A DNA stretch of 64,000 nt from an uncultured virus (IMG/VR IMGVR_UViG_3300038334_000112) (IMGVR_UViG_3300038334_000112), one strand, 5' to 3'. Counted from the stretch's first letter, positions 26,937 to 37,543 are shown. Translations and numbers: made by a program. The notes: generated by a model from the sequence alone, not told the origin.

Positions 26937-28358
26937 ATGACCAGCCCGAACATCAGCTTCGACAAGATTCCGGCCAGCATCCGCAAGCCGGGCAAGTATT
27001 TCGAGTTCAACACCAAACTGGCGGTGCGCACCCTGCCCGCCAACGCGCAGCGCGTGCTCATTTTGGGCCAGCGCCTGGCCGAGGGCAGCGTGGCCGCCCT
27101 TGTGCCCACGCAGGTCTTCAGCGACGCCGAGGCCGCCGAGTGCTTCGGCCAGGGCAGCATGGCCCACCGCATGGTGCGCGCGGCCATCAAGGCCTTTGCG
27201 TACATCGACCTGACCTGCATGGCCCTGGACGATGCGGGCGCGGGCGTGGCCGCCACCGGCACCGCGACCCTGGCTGGAGCCGCCACCGGCTCCGGCGTGG
27301 CCACCGTGCAGGTGGGCATGGACCTGGTGCAGGTGGCCGTGGCCAGCGGCGACACCGCTGCGGATGTCTCCGCAGCGCTCAAGACCCAGGCCGACCAGCA
27401 GCCGGACCTGCCCGTGGCCTTTGCAGCGGCCGCCGGGGTGCTCACCCTCACGGCCTTGCACAAGGGCACCCTGGGCAACAGCATCAAGATCGCGGCCATC
27501 TGCACCGCCACCGGGCTCACCGCGAGCGTGACGGCCATGACGGGCGGCGCGACCGATCCGAGCCTGACCGAGGCCCTGGCCGCCATTGCCGGGGCCGGGC
27601 ACCACATCATCATCACCCCCTTTGCCGACCAGGCCAGCCTGACCGCCCTGCGCGACCATCTGGAGCTTGTGGGCGGCCCGCTGGAGCAACGCGGGGCCAT
27701 CGGCGCGTACGCCCTGGCCGGAACCCTGGCCACGGCAACCACCCTGGCCGGACAGGTCGACCATGGGCGCATCAGCGGCGCGCTCTTGCGCGGAGCCAGG
27801 CGTCTGCCCTGGGAGATCGCCGCCGCTTACGGCGCGGTCATCGCCAGCGAGGAAGACCCTGCCCGGCCGCTGAACACCCTGGAGCTGCTGGGCATCGACG
27901 CGCCGGACATTGGCCAGCGCCTCACGCGCACCGAGCAGGAGGTGCTGCTCAAGAACGGCGTCACCCCGCTGGAGGTCGGCCCCGGCGACCGCGTGCAGAT
28001 CGTGCGGGCCATCACCACCTACACCAAGGACGCGCAGGGCATCGATGACGTGAGCCTGCTCGACCTGACTTCCATCCGCACGCTGGACTACGTGCGCAAG
28101 GCCGTGCGCGAGCGCATCTCCTTACGCTTCCCGCGCGAGAAGCTGTCCGAGCGCACCGGCCCCAAGGTGCGCAGCGAGATCCTGGACGTGCTCGTCAAGC
28201 TGGAGGAGCTGGAGATAGTGGAAGCGGTGGAGGCCAACAAGGACGGGGTGATCTGCGAGCGCGACAGCCAGGACCCGAACCGGCTGAACGCCAAGATCCC
28301 CGTGGACATCGTCAACGGCCTGCACGTGTTCGCTGGCCGCATTGATCTGCTGCTGTAG
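26937..28358 (+). CDS. Tail sheath protein
   Basis: 'ISFDKIPASIRKPGKYFEFN', 'GVTPL', 'RAITTY', 'VNGLHVFA'. Confidence 0.95.
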   Translation: MTSPNISFDKIPASIRKPGKYFEFNTKLAVRTLPANAQRVLILGQRLAEGSVAALVPTQVFSDAEAAECFGQGSMAHRMVRAAIKAFAYIDLTCMALDDAGAGVAATGTATLAGAATGSGVATVQVGMDLVQVAVASGDTAADVSAALKTQADQQPDLPVAFAAAAGVLTLTALHKGTLGNSIKIAAICTATGLTASVTAMTGGATDPSLTEALAAIAGAGHHIIITPFADQASLTALRDHLELVGGPLEQRGAIGAYALAGTLATATTLAGQVDHGRISGALLRGARRLPWEIAAAYGAVIASEEDPARPLNTLELLGIDAPDIGQRLTRTEQEVLLKNGVTPLEVGPGDRVQIVRAITTYTKDAQGIDDVSLLDLTSIRTLDYVRKAVRERISLRFPREKLSERTGPKVRSEILDVLVKLEELEIVEAVEANKDGVICERDSQDPNRLNAKIPVDIVNGLHVFAGRIDLLL

Positions 28359-28392
28359 CCGCCCGTGAATGGGCGTTTAAGAGAGGTTCAAC

Positions 28393-28761
28393 ATGACCAT
28401 CGAATATACGGGCGCCATCGTCCTGTCCGTGGACGGCAAGGACTTTGATGTCGAATCCTGCGACGTGACGCGCAAGACTGGCCGCAAGGCCGTGAAGACC
28501 ATGAACCGCACCGGCAAGCCCAAGGGCTTTGCCAAAGGCGTGGCCGAGTTCAGTCTCAAGATCACCCTGCCGGTGACGCCGGGCGACCCGGAATGGGCCG
28601 ATGTCGAGAACGCCAAGATCACCCTTGAGCCGCTAAACACCGGGGACAAGCGCGTGAGCTACACCGGCTGCTTCACCACCGACGTGGGCGAAAAGTACCA
28701 GGTCGACGGCGAGGCCAAGCGCGACATCACCGTGGAAGCCCTGGACCGGAAGGTGGAATAA
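28393..28761 (+). CDS. Tail tube protein
   Basis: 122 aa directly after the sheath gene. Confidence 0.85.
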   Translation: MTIEYTGAIVLSVDGKDFDVESCDVTRKTGRKAVKTMNRTGKPKGFAKGVAEFSLKITLPVTPGDPEWADVENAKITLEPLNTGDKRVSYTGCFTTDVGEKYQVDGEAKRDITVEALDRKVE

Positions 28762-28764
28762 GCC

Positions 28765-29271
28765 ATGAGCGATCTTCTCACCAAATTGAAGGCCGGGCGC
28801 GCAGCGCAGCGCCGCGTGACCCTGCCCAGCAAGGACGGCCAGGGCGTGGAGCTGGGCCTGCGCGTGCTCACCGAGGCCGACTACATGGAGGCGGGCCTGG
28901 CCGCCATCGAGACCCTGCGCGCGGCCGGGCACGAGGACGTGAACGTGGCCAACGCCGACCTGTACGAGCAGGCCAAGGTAACGGAGCTGCTTGCCCGCGC
29001 CCTGGTGGACCCGGCCACGGGCAAGCCCCTGGTGGAGAGCGCGGCGGAGCTGCGCGGCGCTCTCGCCCGCGCGGACAAGATGTTCCTCATCGACCAGTAC
29101 CTGGACCACGAGCGCGAGTATTCGCCCAGCGAGGTGAACATGAGCGCCGAGGACTTCGCCCAGCTGCTGGAGGACGTAAAAAAAAATCCCGCCACGCCTC
29201 GTTTGAGCGATTCCAGTACCGCCACGCTGAAAAGGCTCGTGCAGTCTTTGGCCGAGCCGGAAGCGAGCTGA
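28765..29271 (+). CDS. Tail assembly chaperone, with a probable -1 frameshift extension to 29414
   Basis: Lies between tube and tape measure; A9 run at 29178-29186. Confidence 0.8.
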   Translation: MSDLLTKLKAGRAAQRRVTLPSKDGQGVELGLRVLTEADYMEAGLAAIETLRAAGHEDVNVANADLYEQAKVTELLARALVDPATGKPLVESAAELRGALARADKMFLIDQYLDHEREYSPSEVNMSAEDFAQLLEDVKKNPATPRLSDSSTATLKRLVQSLAEPEAS

Positions 29272-29410
29272 CGCGGGGGCAGTGGCTGTATCTCCTGGCC
29301 ATGGCCCTGGCCGAGGCGGAGGACCTGAAGGAAGCCGCAGGCGGCAAGGGCACTAAGCGTTTCGTCGCCACCCGGCGCAAGAATAAACCGAACACCAAGA
29401 GGCCCCGACC

Positions 29411-31219
29411 GTGAGCAACAACCTGGCTGTGTTTCTGCGCTTGAATTGGGACGGTGGCCGCGTGGCCGCCGGGCTCGGCCAGGCCGAGGCCCAGCTGCGC
29501 AAGTTCAGCTCCGGGGCCTCGAAGCAGTTCCTGGGCCTGCGCAAGCACGCGCATGAGCTGTCCACGGCCATGGGCGGCTTCTCCAACATCTCGCGGCTGG
29601 CGGGCGGGTACCTGGGCCTCCAGGGCGCGCGCGCGGCCATCACCAGCAACCTGAACTTCGAGAAGACCCTGCTGGAGGCAAAGCAACTGGCGGAGATGAA
29701 CGCTGGCCAGGCCGCCCGTATGCGCGACATGGCCATCAACCTGTCCAGGAGCGGTCTGGCCAGCCCGCAGGAGAACGCCGAGGCCATCCAGACCCTGGCC
29801 AACGCGGGCATGCGGTTCGAGGCCATCGAGGGCACCATTGCCGAGGCCAACCGCTCGGCTGTGGCCTTCCGCAGCACGGTGAAGGACATCGCCAACATGG
29901 ACTTCGACCTACAGGAGAAGTTCAAGATCACCCCCGAGCAGCTCAAGGCCGTGCACAACATGCTCTACTACCACTCCAAGGCGGGCCGGTTCGAGGCCCA
30001 GAGCTTGAGCATGTTCGCGCCCAAGTTCCTGACCAAGCTGGCCCAGGTGGGCATCGGCGGCGTGCAGGGCGTCAACCTCACCGGCGCGATCCTCCAGGCC
30101 GTGCAAAAGGCCGCCCCGGCCACGGACCCGAGCACCACCGTGACCATGCTGGAGCACGGCATGGGGCACCTGTTCAACGCCCACGACAAGAAGAACATGC
30201 GGAAGTTCGCCAAGATCGACGTCCAGAAGTACACGCCCGGCGGCAAGTTCTACGGCGAGGGCGGCGTGCAGGGCATGCTCGACATGGCCCAGGCCATGAA
30301 GGGCGCGGGCCTCATGGACATGCACAAGCTGGGGCGCATCTTCCGCGAGCAGTACACGCAAACGTTCTGGTACCAGATCATGCAGAACCTGGACGAGGTG
30401 CGCGAGGCCATGCGCAAGGGCGACCAGGCCATGAACGCGGACACCATCGAGAAGGACTACAAGGAGGTCATGGGCTCCAACTTCGGCAAGGTGAAGCGCG
30501 CGCAGAACACCGTGGACCGGGCGGAGCTGGGCGGCGCGGCCACCGCTGGCACATCGGCCTGGGCGCGGATTGTGGAATACGCCTCGGAGAACCCCTTGCA
30601 GGCGGGAATGGGCGGCCTCGGCCTCTTGATGGCCGGACGCATGGGCTACAACCGGATGGTGAAGGGCAAGGGCGGCGGCGCGGGCGGCATCGCCGACGCG
30701 GCCATGGGCATGGCCGGGGTGCAGCGCGTCTTTGTCGTCAACATGCCCGGCGCGGCAGGCGTGGGCGGCGGCCAGCTGGCCCTGCCGCCCGGCGCTGGCT
30801 GGAGCCCGGAAGGGGCGGCCAAGGCCTCGCGCTGGGCCGGTTCGCTTGGCGCGGCCAAGGGCGCGCTCAAGCTCGGCGTGCCCCTGGCGCTGCTCTCCGC
30901 CGGGTTCGATGCCTACAACGTGCACAACAATGACCAGCTCAACGCCCAGGCCAAGAAGCTCGAATACGGCCGCATTGCGGGCGGCGCGGCGGGCGGCCTG
31001 GGCGGCGCGGCCATCGGCGCGGGCATCGGCGCGTTGTTCGGCGGCGTGGGGGCCATCCCCGGCGCGCTCATCGGCGCCTGGCTGGGGCAAATGGCGGGCG
31101 AGAAGGCGGGCAGGGCCGCCACCGAGAAGATCATCCTGAACAACACCATCATCCTGGACGGGCGCGTGGTGGCGGAAAGCGTTCAGGAACACATGCGCGA
31201 CGCGGCGAACAGGGACTAG
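29411..31219 (+). CDS. Tail tape measure protein
   Basis: 602 aa, Ala/Gly-rich and helical, 'QRVFVVNMP', ends 'ILDGRVVAESV'. Confidence 0.9.
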   Translation: MSNNLAVFLRLNWDGGRVAAGLGQAEAQLRKFSSGASKQFLGLRKHAHELSTAMGGFSNISRLAGGYLGLQGARAAITSNLNFEKTLLEAKQLAEMNAGQAARMRDMAINLSRSGLASPQENAEAIQTLANAGMRFEAIEGTIAEANRSAVAFRSTVKDIANMDFDLQEKFKITPEQLKAVHNMLYYHSKAGRFEAQSLSMFAPKFLTKLAQVGIGGVQGVNLTGAILQAVQKAAPATDPSTTVTMLEHGMGHLFNAHDKKNMRKFAKIDVQKYTPGGKFYGEGGVQGMLDMAQAMKGAGLMDMHKLGRIFREQYTQTFWYQIMQNLDEVREAMRKGDQAMNADTIEKDYKEVMGSNFGKVKRAQNTVDRAELGGAATAGTSAWARIVEYASENPLQAGMGGLGLLMAGRMGYNRMVKGKGGGAGGIADAAMGMAGVQRVFVVNMPGAAGVGGGQLALPPGAGWSPEGAAKASRWAGSLGAAKGALKLGVPLALLSAGFDAYNVHNNDQLNAQAKKLEYGRIAGGAAGGLGGAAIGAGIGALFGGVGAIPGALIGAWLGQMAGEKAGRAATEKIILNNTIILDGRVVAESVQEHMRDAANRD

Positions 31220-31228
31220 GGGGCGGCC

Positions 31229-32488
31229 ATGGCCTGGAAGGACACCCTGCTCGACGCCAAATTCCGGGGCATCGTTTTCGACTGCCAGTTGGTGGACGAC
31301 GACACCGAGCGCCACGCCGTGGAGCACGCCCGGCCCTTTGTGGACGGCGCGCAAATGGAGGACATGGGCCGGGGCGCACGCCGCCTGAAGCTCAAGGCCA
31401 TCTTTTTCGGCGATGACTACGAGGCGCGGCTCCAGGCCTTCCTGAAAGCCCTGGACGAACCGGGCGCGGGCGAGCTGGTGCATCCGGTGTTCGGCCCCAT
31501 GAAGGGCCAGCTACTCACCACCCACATTCACCACGAGGCCGACCATGTGGACGCGGCCGAGGTGGAGCTGGCCTTTGCCGAGTCCAACCTGGCCAAGCCC
31601 CTGTTCGAGCGCAGCCTGCCCGGCCAGAAGGCCGCCAACATCGCCGACATGGCCGGGGCCGCGCGCACCGGCGCTGGCGGCGTGCTGGGCGGCGCGGCGG
31701 CGGGGAGCAAGAACCCCCTGGCCCTGGCCAAGGCCTCGCTGGAGGCCGTGCGCCAGCTCAAGGCCCAGAGCCGCGACTACATCACCTCCGGCGTGGACGC
31801 GGTTTCCGCGCCGGGCGGCTTCGTGCGCGACGTGGCCGGGCTGGTCTCGGGCATCGTGGATCTGCGCGGCTTCGACGCGGCCTCGCTCATGAGCGACTAC
31901 ACGAGCATTTCCAAGCTGCTCACCTCAAGCATACTGCTGCCCGGCTTCAACTATTCCAGTACCTCGGGCGGCAATTTCTCGGTCGGCAGTACCTCGGGCG
32001 GAACCGTCGCAGGGGCCGACCTGGCCACAGCCGTCACCCCCAGCCGCGAGGCGGACGTGGTGCTGGCCCACGTGGAGCTGGAGGCCGCCCTGGGCAAGGC
32101 CGAGACCGCGCAGACCGTGCTGGAGAGCGAGGCCGAGACGCCCACGCTCTCCCCGCCGGAGATCGAGGCTGTGGCGGCGGACACGCGCACCAGCATCGAG
32201 GGCTCCATCATCACCTACCGCAGGCTGTACCCTATCGAGCAGTCGCGCCGGGTGACGGAGCCGCTCAAGGACGTGGCCCTGGCCGTACAGGACGCAGCCA
32301 AGGCCATCATCGAGGCCCGGCCCCCGCTGGTGGACCGCCAGGTGGACAACCCGGCCTGCCTGCGCCTTTTGGCGCACCGCTGGTACGGCGACCACACCCG
32401 CGCGCCGGAGCTGCTGCGCCTGAACCAGCCCTTGCGCGACCCCAACTTTCTGACCGCCGGGGAGGTGCTGCGTGGCTACGCCAAATAG
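31229..32488 (+). CDS. DNA circularisation / tail protein (Mu gp43-like)
   Basis: 'MAWKDTLLDAKFRG', 'EDMGR', 'GELVHPVFG', 'LAHRWYGD'. Confidence 0.9.
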   Translation: MAWKDTLLDAKFRGIVFDCQLVDDDTERHAVEHARPFVDGAQMEDMGRGARRLKLKAIFFGDDYEARLQAFLKALDEPGAGELVHPVFGPMKGQLLTTHIHHEADHVDAAEVELAFAESNLAKPLFERSLPGQKAANIADMAGAARTGAGGVLGGAAAGSKNPLALAKASLEAVRQLKAQSRDYITSGVDAVSAPGGFVRDVAGLVSGIVDLRGFDAASLMSDYTSISKLLTSSILLPGFNYSSTSGGNFSVGSTSGGTVAGADLATAVTPSREADVVLAHVELEAALGKAETAQTVLESEAETPTLSPPEIEAVAADTRTSIEGSIITYRRLYPIEQSRRVTEPLKDVALAVQDAAKAIIEARPPLVDRQVDNPACLRLLAHRWYGDHTRAPELLRLNQPLRDPNFLTAGEVLRGYAK

Positions 32489-33680
32489 CGTGACTGATGT
32501 GCGGGACACAGCCGACAAGGTGGCCCTGCTCGTCGGCGGCAAGGCCCACGACGAGTGGGAGAGCTACGAGATCGACTCGGACCTGCTGACCCCGGCGGAC
32601 GCCTGGCGCGTGCGCCTGGGCTTGTCCGAGGACAGCCTGTTGCCTGCGAACGTAACTCCCGGCGCGCCTGTACAGGTGCGCATCGGCGCGGACCTGGTCA
32701 TGACCGGGCGCATTGACGACGTGCGCGTGCGCCTGGACAAGCGCTCCCACAGCCTGGAGATCCTGGGCCGCGACAATGCTGCCACGCTGCTCGACTGCTC
32801 GGCTCCGCTCACGGGCGGGCGCAAGCTGGACCTGGCGGAGATCATCGCCAAGGTGGTGCGGCCGCTCTATCCGACAGGGGGCCTGACGAAGATCCGCATC
32901 GATGCGGACAAGGCCGTCACCCGCCAACGCGAGAAGATCAACGTGGAGCCCGGCGACACCGCCTGGGACACCCTGGCCCACATTGCCGAAGCCAACGGCC
33001 TGTGGCCCTGGTTCGAGCCGGACGGCACGCTGGTCATCGGCGGCCCGGACTATTCCGACGCCACCAACCCGCCCGTGGCCGTGCTGGTGCTGAACCCGCG
33101 CAAGGTGGGCGAGCCAAACGGGACAGGCGAGACCAACGTGGAGAGCATGGAGCGCCGGGAGAGCGTGGCCGAGCGGTACAGCACCATCACCGTGCTGGGC
33201 CAGACCCACGGCACCGAGGAGGAGGACGGCAAGAACGGCCTGAAGTCCTCGGCCGTGGACGCGGACCTGGAGGCGCGCTGGCCCCGGCGCAAGATCGTCA
33301 CCGACTACGAGGCCGACAGCGTGGCCGTGTGCCGCTCGCGCTCGCAGAAGCTCCTGGCGGACAGCCGCCTGAAGGGCTTCGAGCTGCGCGTGGAGGTGCA
33401 GGGCCATCACATCAACGCGCCCACCATGCCCGGCCACGGCAAGCTCTGGACGCCTGGCCAGCGGGTTTTGGTCTACGCCCCGCCCGTGGGCGTTGTGGGC
33501 ACGCTTTTCCTCATGGCCCGCACCTTCTGCCTGTCGCGCGGCGGCGGCACCACCACGCGCCTTTCCCTGCGCGAGGACAAGGTTTGGATTCTGGAGGCCC
33601 ACCCGCACAAGCGCAAGCACCGCAAGGGCAAGAACTACACCCCGGACGTGACGGATGAAACAGGAGGCGCTGACGAATGA
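32472..33680 (+). CDS. Baseplate hub (Mu gp44/P-like)
   Basis: 'WESYEIDSDLLTPADAW', 'GRD..ATLLDCSAP'; start could instead be 32490. Confidence 0.88.
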   Translation: MATPNSVTDVRDTADKVALLVGGKAHDEWESYEIDSDLLTPADAWRVRLGLSEDSLLPANVTPGAPVQVRIGADLVMTGRIDDVRVRLDKRSHSLEILGRDNAATLLDCSAPLTGGRKLDLAEIIAKVVRPLYPTGGLTKIRIDADKAVTRQREKINVEPGDTAWDTLAHIAEANGLWPWFEPDGTLVIGGPDYSDATNPPVAVLVLNPRKVGEPNGTGETNVESMERRESVAERYSTITVLGQTHGTEEEDGKNGLKSSAVDADLEARWPRRKIVTDYEADSVAVCRSRSQKLLADSRLKGFELRVEVQGHHINAPTMPGHGKLWTPGQRVLVYAPPVGVVGTLFLMARTFCLSRGGGTTTRLSLREDKVWILEAHPHKRKHRKGKNYTPDVTDETGGADE

Positions 33681-34261
33681 AGAAGCTCATCGCCGAGGCC
33701 ATCAAGCGCCACCTGGCTGGCATCCGGCTGCCGTTTCGCGCCCAGCTCACGGGACACGATACCGCGCCCGGCGTGGGCCTGGTCCAGGCCAAGGCCCTGG
33801 CCGGGGAAAAGCTGCAAGCCGCCGAACTGTTCCAGCACTACGGCCTGACCAGCGCCCCGCCCGCCGGAACCATGCTCCTGGTGGTGCCCGTAGGCGGCTT
33901 TACTGCCCACGGCATCGTGGTGGGCGAGGAGAACTCAGGCTTCCGCTTGAGGGGCCTCAAGTCCGGCGAGGTGGCCCTGTACACCGACGAGGGCGACCAC
34001 ATCATCCTCAAGCGTGGCCGAATCATGGAAATTGAAACGGAGACGCTACGCGTCAAGGCCGCCACCCAGGTCGTTTTCGAGACCCCGGCCTTCAGCATGA
34101 CGAACAGCGGCGGGGCGACCACGGCCACCATCCAGGGCAGCCTGCACACCACGGGGGGCATCACGTCGGACGGCGACCACGTGGCGGGCGACGTCTCGCT
34201 TGAGCACCACACCCACCCCGGAGACAGCGGCGGCGTAACCGGCCCGCCCATAGGGAGCTAG
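33677..34261 (+). CDS. Baseplate spike (Mu gp45)
   Basis: 'QHYGLTSAPP', 'GEVALY', C-terminal 'HHTH' metal motif. Confidence 0.9.
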   Translation: MKKLIAEAIKRHLAGIRLPFRAQLTGHDTAPGVGLVQAKALAGEKLQAAELFQHYGLTSAPPAGTMLLVVPVGGFTAHGIVVGEENSGFRLRGLKSGEVALYTDEGDHIILKRGRIMEIETETLRVKAATQVVFETPAFSMTNSGGATTATIQGSLHTTGGITSDGDHVAGDVSLEHHTHPGDSGGVTGPPIGS

Positions 34262-34633
34262 ATGGACACGCTCATCGACCCCACCACCGGCGACTACGGC
34301 CTGGAGAACGGCCAGCTGCTGCGCGATCAGGCGCGCGGCCTGGGCAATGCCGTGTACCTGCGGCTCATGACCCCGCTGGGCAGTTGGTGGGCGGACGCAA
34401 CCTTGGGCTCGCGTCTGCATGAGCTGGCGCGGGAAAAGGACGTGGCCCGCGTGGCCGTGCTGGCCAAGAAATATTGCGAGGACGCCCTGGCCCCGCTCAT
34501 CACGGACGGGCGCGCGGCCTCCATCGAGGTGGCCACCGAACGCCTGCATGACGGCAGGCTGCGCCTGGCTGTCGCCGTCACGGACGCGGGCGGACGCGAG
34601 CACCTCTTCAACCATCACGTGCAGGTGGGCTGA
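34262..34633 (+). CDS. Baseplate protein (Mu gp46)
   Basis: 'GSWWAD.TLGSRLHEL.REK'. Confidence 0.9.
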   Translation: MDTLIDPTTGDYGLENGQLLRDQARGLGNAVYLRLMTPLGSWWADATLGSRLHELAREKDVARVAVLAKKYCEDALAPLITDGRAASIEVATERLHDGRLRLAVAVTDAGGREHLFNHHVQVG

Positions 34634-34634
34634 C

Positions 34635-35693
34635 ATGGCGTACACACCCCCGGACCTTTTCGAGATCGTAGCGGGCATCCTGCGCGACGTGCAGAACAAG
34701 CTGCCCGAGGCCGCCACGGGCGTGGACTCGGACTTCGGCGTGCGCGCCAATGCCACGGGCGGCGCTGTTGAAGGCCTGTACCAGCACCAAGTGTGGATTG
34801 CGCGCCAGACATTCCCGGACACAGCGGACACGGACATGCTGGAGAAGCACGCCAGCCTGCGCGGGCTGACCCGCAAGCGGGCCACCACGGCCACGGGCGC
34901 GGCCACCTTCAGCGGCACGCCCGGCGCAGCCATCCCCCTGGGAACCGAGGCAAAGACGTTGGCCGGGCTGGTGCTCATCACCAACGAGGCGTCCATCATA
35001 GGGGCGGGCGGCACGGCCATTGTGCCGGTCCAAGGCGGCGCGGCCGGGGCGGTTTACAACTTGGCCGCAGGCACCAGCCTCACCCTCACGAACGCACCCG
35101 CTGGCGTGCAGGGAGCGGCCAGCCTGGCCACGGCCACCACGGGCGGCACAGACGCAGAGACGAACGCCGGGCTGTTGGCCCGGTTGCTCGACGTGCTGCA
35201 AAACCCGCCCGCTGGCGGCAACAAGGCCGACTGGCGGCGCTGGGCCATGGATGTGGATGGCGTGACTGCCGCCTATGTGTTCCCGCTGCGCCGGGGCATC
35301 GGCACCGTGGACGTGTGCGTCACCTCCGGCGGCGGCCTGCCCTCGGAGGAGATCCTCGCCGCCGTGCGCCTGCACCTGGACGAGGAACGGCCCACCGCCG
35401 TGCGCAATTTCGCGGTCTTCGGCCCGGAGCTGCTGCCCGTGCCCGTGCAGGCGCTGGTGCGGCTTTCCGGCCTGACCTTGGACCAGGCGCAACCCCTCGT
35501 TGAAGCGGCGTTGAACGCCTATTTTGCGACCCTGGAACCGGGCGACCTGGTCTACCTTTCGCGCATCGAGACGGCCATCTCCGGCGTGTCCGGCGTGGTG
35601 GACCGGCAGGTGACAGCCCCGGCGGCCAACGTGGCCGTCACGGCCACACAGTGGGCGCGCCTGGGCGTCGTGACCCTGGAGGTTATGCCGTGA
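34635..35693 (+). CDS. Baseplate J-like wedge protein (Mu gp47)
   Basis: 'GGTDAET', 'PPAGGN.ADW.RWA', 'RRGIGTVDV'. Confidence 0.92.
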   Translation: MAYTPPDLFEIVAGILRDVQNKLPEAATGVDSDFGVRANATGGAVEGLYQHQVWIARQTFPDTADTDMLEKHASLRGLTRKRATTATGAATFSGTPGAAIPLGTEAKTLAGLVLITNEASIIGAGGTAIVPVQGGAAGAVYNLAAGTSLTLTNAPAGVQGAASLATATTGGTDAETNAGLLARLLDVLQNPPAGGNKADWRRWAMDVDGVTAAYVFPLRRGIGTVDVCVTSGGGLPSEEILAAVRLHLDEERPTAVRNFAVFGPELLPVPVQALVRLSGLTLDQAQPLVEAALNAYFATLEPGDLVYLSRIETAISGVSGVVDRQVTAPAANVAVTATQWARLGVVTLEVMP

Positions 35694-36262
35694 ACCACGC
35701 GGACCTGCTGAAGCTGCTGCTACCGCCCGTGTCCTATGACCCTTCGGGGGCTGTGCTCACGGCCAGCATTGAGGCCGAGGGCGCGGCCCTGGATCGGGCG
35801 CACACGCTTGCCAGCTACGTGCTGGAGGCCATCAGCCCGGCTGGGGCGGGCGGCCTGTGGCTGGCGGATTGGGAGCGCGTGCTGGGCCTGCCGGACGGAT
35901 GCGCGGGGGGCTTAAGCCAGACCATGGCCGAGCGCATCGCCGCCGCCATGTCCAAAATGCGCGAGCGCGGCGGCCAGAGCCGGGCCTACTTCATCGGCGT
36001 TGCCGCTGCCCTGGGCTACGCCATCACCATTGAGGAGCACGACGCCTTCACCTGCGAGACCGCCTGCGACCAGCCCATCTACGACGAGGATTGGCGCTAC
36101 GCCTGGACGGTGCGCGCGCCCGAAACGACGGTGCGCGAGTTCACCTGCGGTTCCGGCTGTTCCGACCCCCTGGCCAGCTGGGGCAATGCGCTTTTGGAGT
36201 GCGTGCTTTCGCGCCTCAAGCCCGCGCATACGCACCTCACCTTCACCTACGGCCACAACTAA
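35690..36262 (+). CDS. Baseplate protein (Mu gp48 / DUF2313)
   Basis: 'LADWERVLGLP', 'GGQSRAYF', 'LKPAHT'. Confidence 0.9.
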   Translation: MNHADLLKLLLPPVSYDPSGAVLTASIEAEGAALDRAHTLASYVLEAISPAGAGGLWLADWERVLGLPDGCAGGLSQTMAERIAAAMSKMRERGGQSRAYFIGVAAALGYAITIEEHDAFTCETACDQPIYDEDWRYAWTVRAPETTVREFTCGSGCSDPLASWGNALLECVLSRLKPAHTHLTFTYGHN

Positions 36263-36274
36263 CCGGAGGACAGC

Positions 36275-37024
36275 ATGCAACGTGTCAGCACCGCCACCGC
36301 AGTGGCGCAGAAGCCCGCCTACGCGACAGGCGGCGAGCCCGGCTTTTTCACCCAGGGCGACCCGGTCCAGGGCCTCCCGGCCACCGTGCCCGGCCAGGAC
36401 TTCCTGAACCGCGTTCAGGAGGAACTCTGCAACGTCATCCTGGCCAGCGGCCGTACGCTCGACGGCGCGGACGACACCCAGCTGATCAGCTCCATCATGG
36501 ACATCATCGCCGCCCATGCGCCCACCATCGGCCCGGCCAGCACCACCGAGGCGGGCATCGTGGAACGGGCCACCGCCGAGGAAGTCATCGCCGGGGAGGA
36601 CGCCGCGCGTTACGTCTGCCCGGCGGACCTCATGGCCGCTCTGGTGGCCGGACTTGCAGGCGTGGCCCGTGTGGGTGCGGTGAACGCCTACACCCGCCAG
36701 CAGTATGCCGAGCTGGTCTCGCGCGTTGGGGCCAGCGGAGCCCAGGCCGTGGACCTGGACCTGCACCAGGCCCTGTTCATCACCGCCACCGGGGCGCTCA
36801 CCATGGCCGACCCCGAGCACATGGCGCATGGCAAAACCTGTCAGCTCTACCTGTATGCGGCCAGCGCGCAGACCATCAGCTGGGGCACGGCCTGGCACGC
36901 CGCGTCCGTCGCGGCTCTGCCCACCGCGCTCATTGCTGGCAAGCTGCTGCTGATCAGCGCCGTGTGTGTCACCACCCCGGCGGGCACTTACATGGTGCCC
37001 GTGGGCATGGCCCAGGAGGCCTAG
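36275..37024 (+). CDS. Short tail fibre protein
   Basis: Mu-type fibre N-terminus 'GFFTQGDP..G.PAT.....FLN.VQEEL'. Confidence 0.8.
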   Translation: MQRVSTATAVAQKPAYATGGEPGFFTQGDPVQGLPATVPGQDFLNRVQEELCNVILASGRTLDGADDTQLISSIMDIIAAHAPTIGPASTTEAGIVERATAEEVIAGEDAARYVCPADLMAALVAGLAGVARVGAVNAYTRQQYAELVSRVGASGAQAVDLDLHQALFITATGALTMADPEHMAHGKTCQLYLYAASAQTISWGTAWHAASVAALPTALIAGKLLLISAVCVTTPAGTYMVPVGMAQEA

Positions 37025-37025
37025 C

Positions 37026-37535
37026 ATGCACATCACGCCGCTTTGCGGCCTGCCTCCGGTGTTGAAGCTTATCCCGACCACAAGGGGCGTCATCGGCGGC
37101 GACATGACCACCAGCGGGGGGCTGGCCGCTGCCTTTGACGGGGGCATCTCCGCGAGTGCAGTAGTCCCTGGATTACCTGGCGTTGCCTACATCGGAAAAA
37201 TCTGGCCAGGCCGGACCACCGTCCGGCGCATGCGGGCGTTCTCAAACTACTTTTTTGCCGCCGCCTCGCAGTACACAGTGATTGAGTTCACGCTCCAAGG
37301 CTCGAACGACACCACCAATATCCTCAACGGCACCTGGGGCACTCTCGTCCAGACTACGCTGGCCAATACCTATGGTGCGAACCAGATACTCGACGTGGCA
37401 AGCGGCATCGACGTGAGCGCCGCGTATTCCGCCCATCGGCTCAAGATGCGGACCACAAATTTCGACGGGGCCAGCACGGGCCAGCTCTCGCTCCACATCG
37501 CGGAACTTGAATTGTACGAATACTCTTACATTTAG
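37026..37535 (+). CDS. Putative tail-tip beta-sandwich (discoidin-like) protein
   Basis: 'AAFDG', 'FTLQGSND', 'IAELELY' resemble F5/8-type folds. Confidence 0.55.
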   Translation: MHITPLCGLPPVLKLIPTTRGVIGGDMTTSGGLAAAFDGGISASAVVPGLPGVAYIGKIWPGRTTVRRMRAFSNYFFAAASQYTVIEFTLQGSNDTTNILNGTWGTLVQTTLANTYGANQILDVASGIDVSAAYSAHRLKMRTTNFDGASTGQLSLHIAELELYEYSYI

Positions 37536-37543
37536 GAGGTCCA

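Noticed and set aside
26669..28048. Long alternative-frame ORFs over core genes (also 2531-3610, 36091-37065, and minus-strand 13077-14603, 22002-23642, 23665-25425, 29909-31483)
   Set aside because: Arg/Pro/Gly-rich or antisense by-products of high-GC codon usage; unlike the methylase second frame, they contain no functional motifs.
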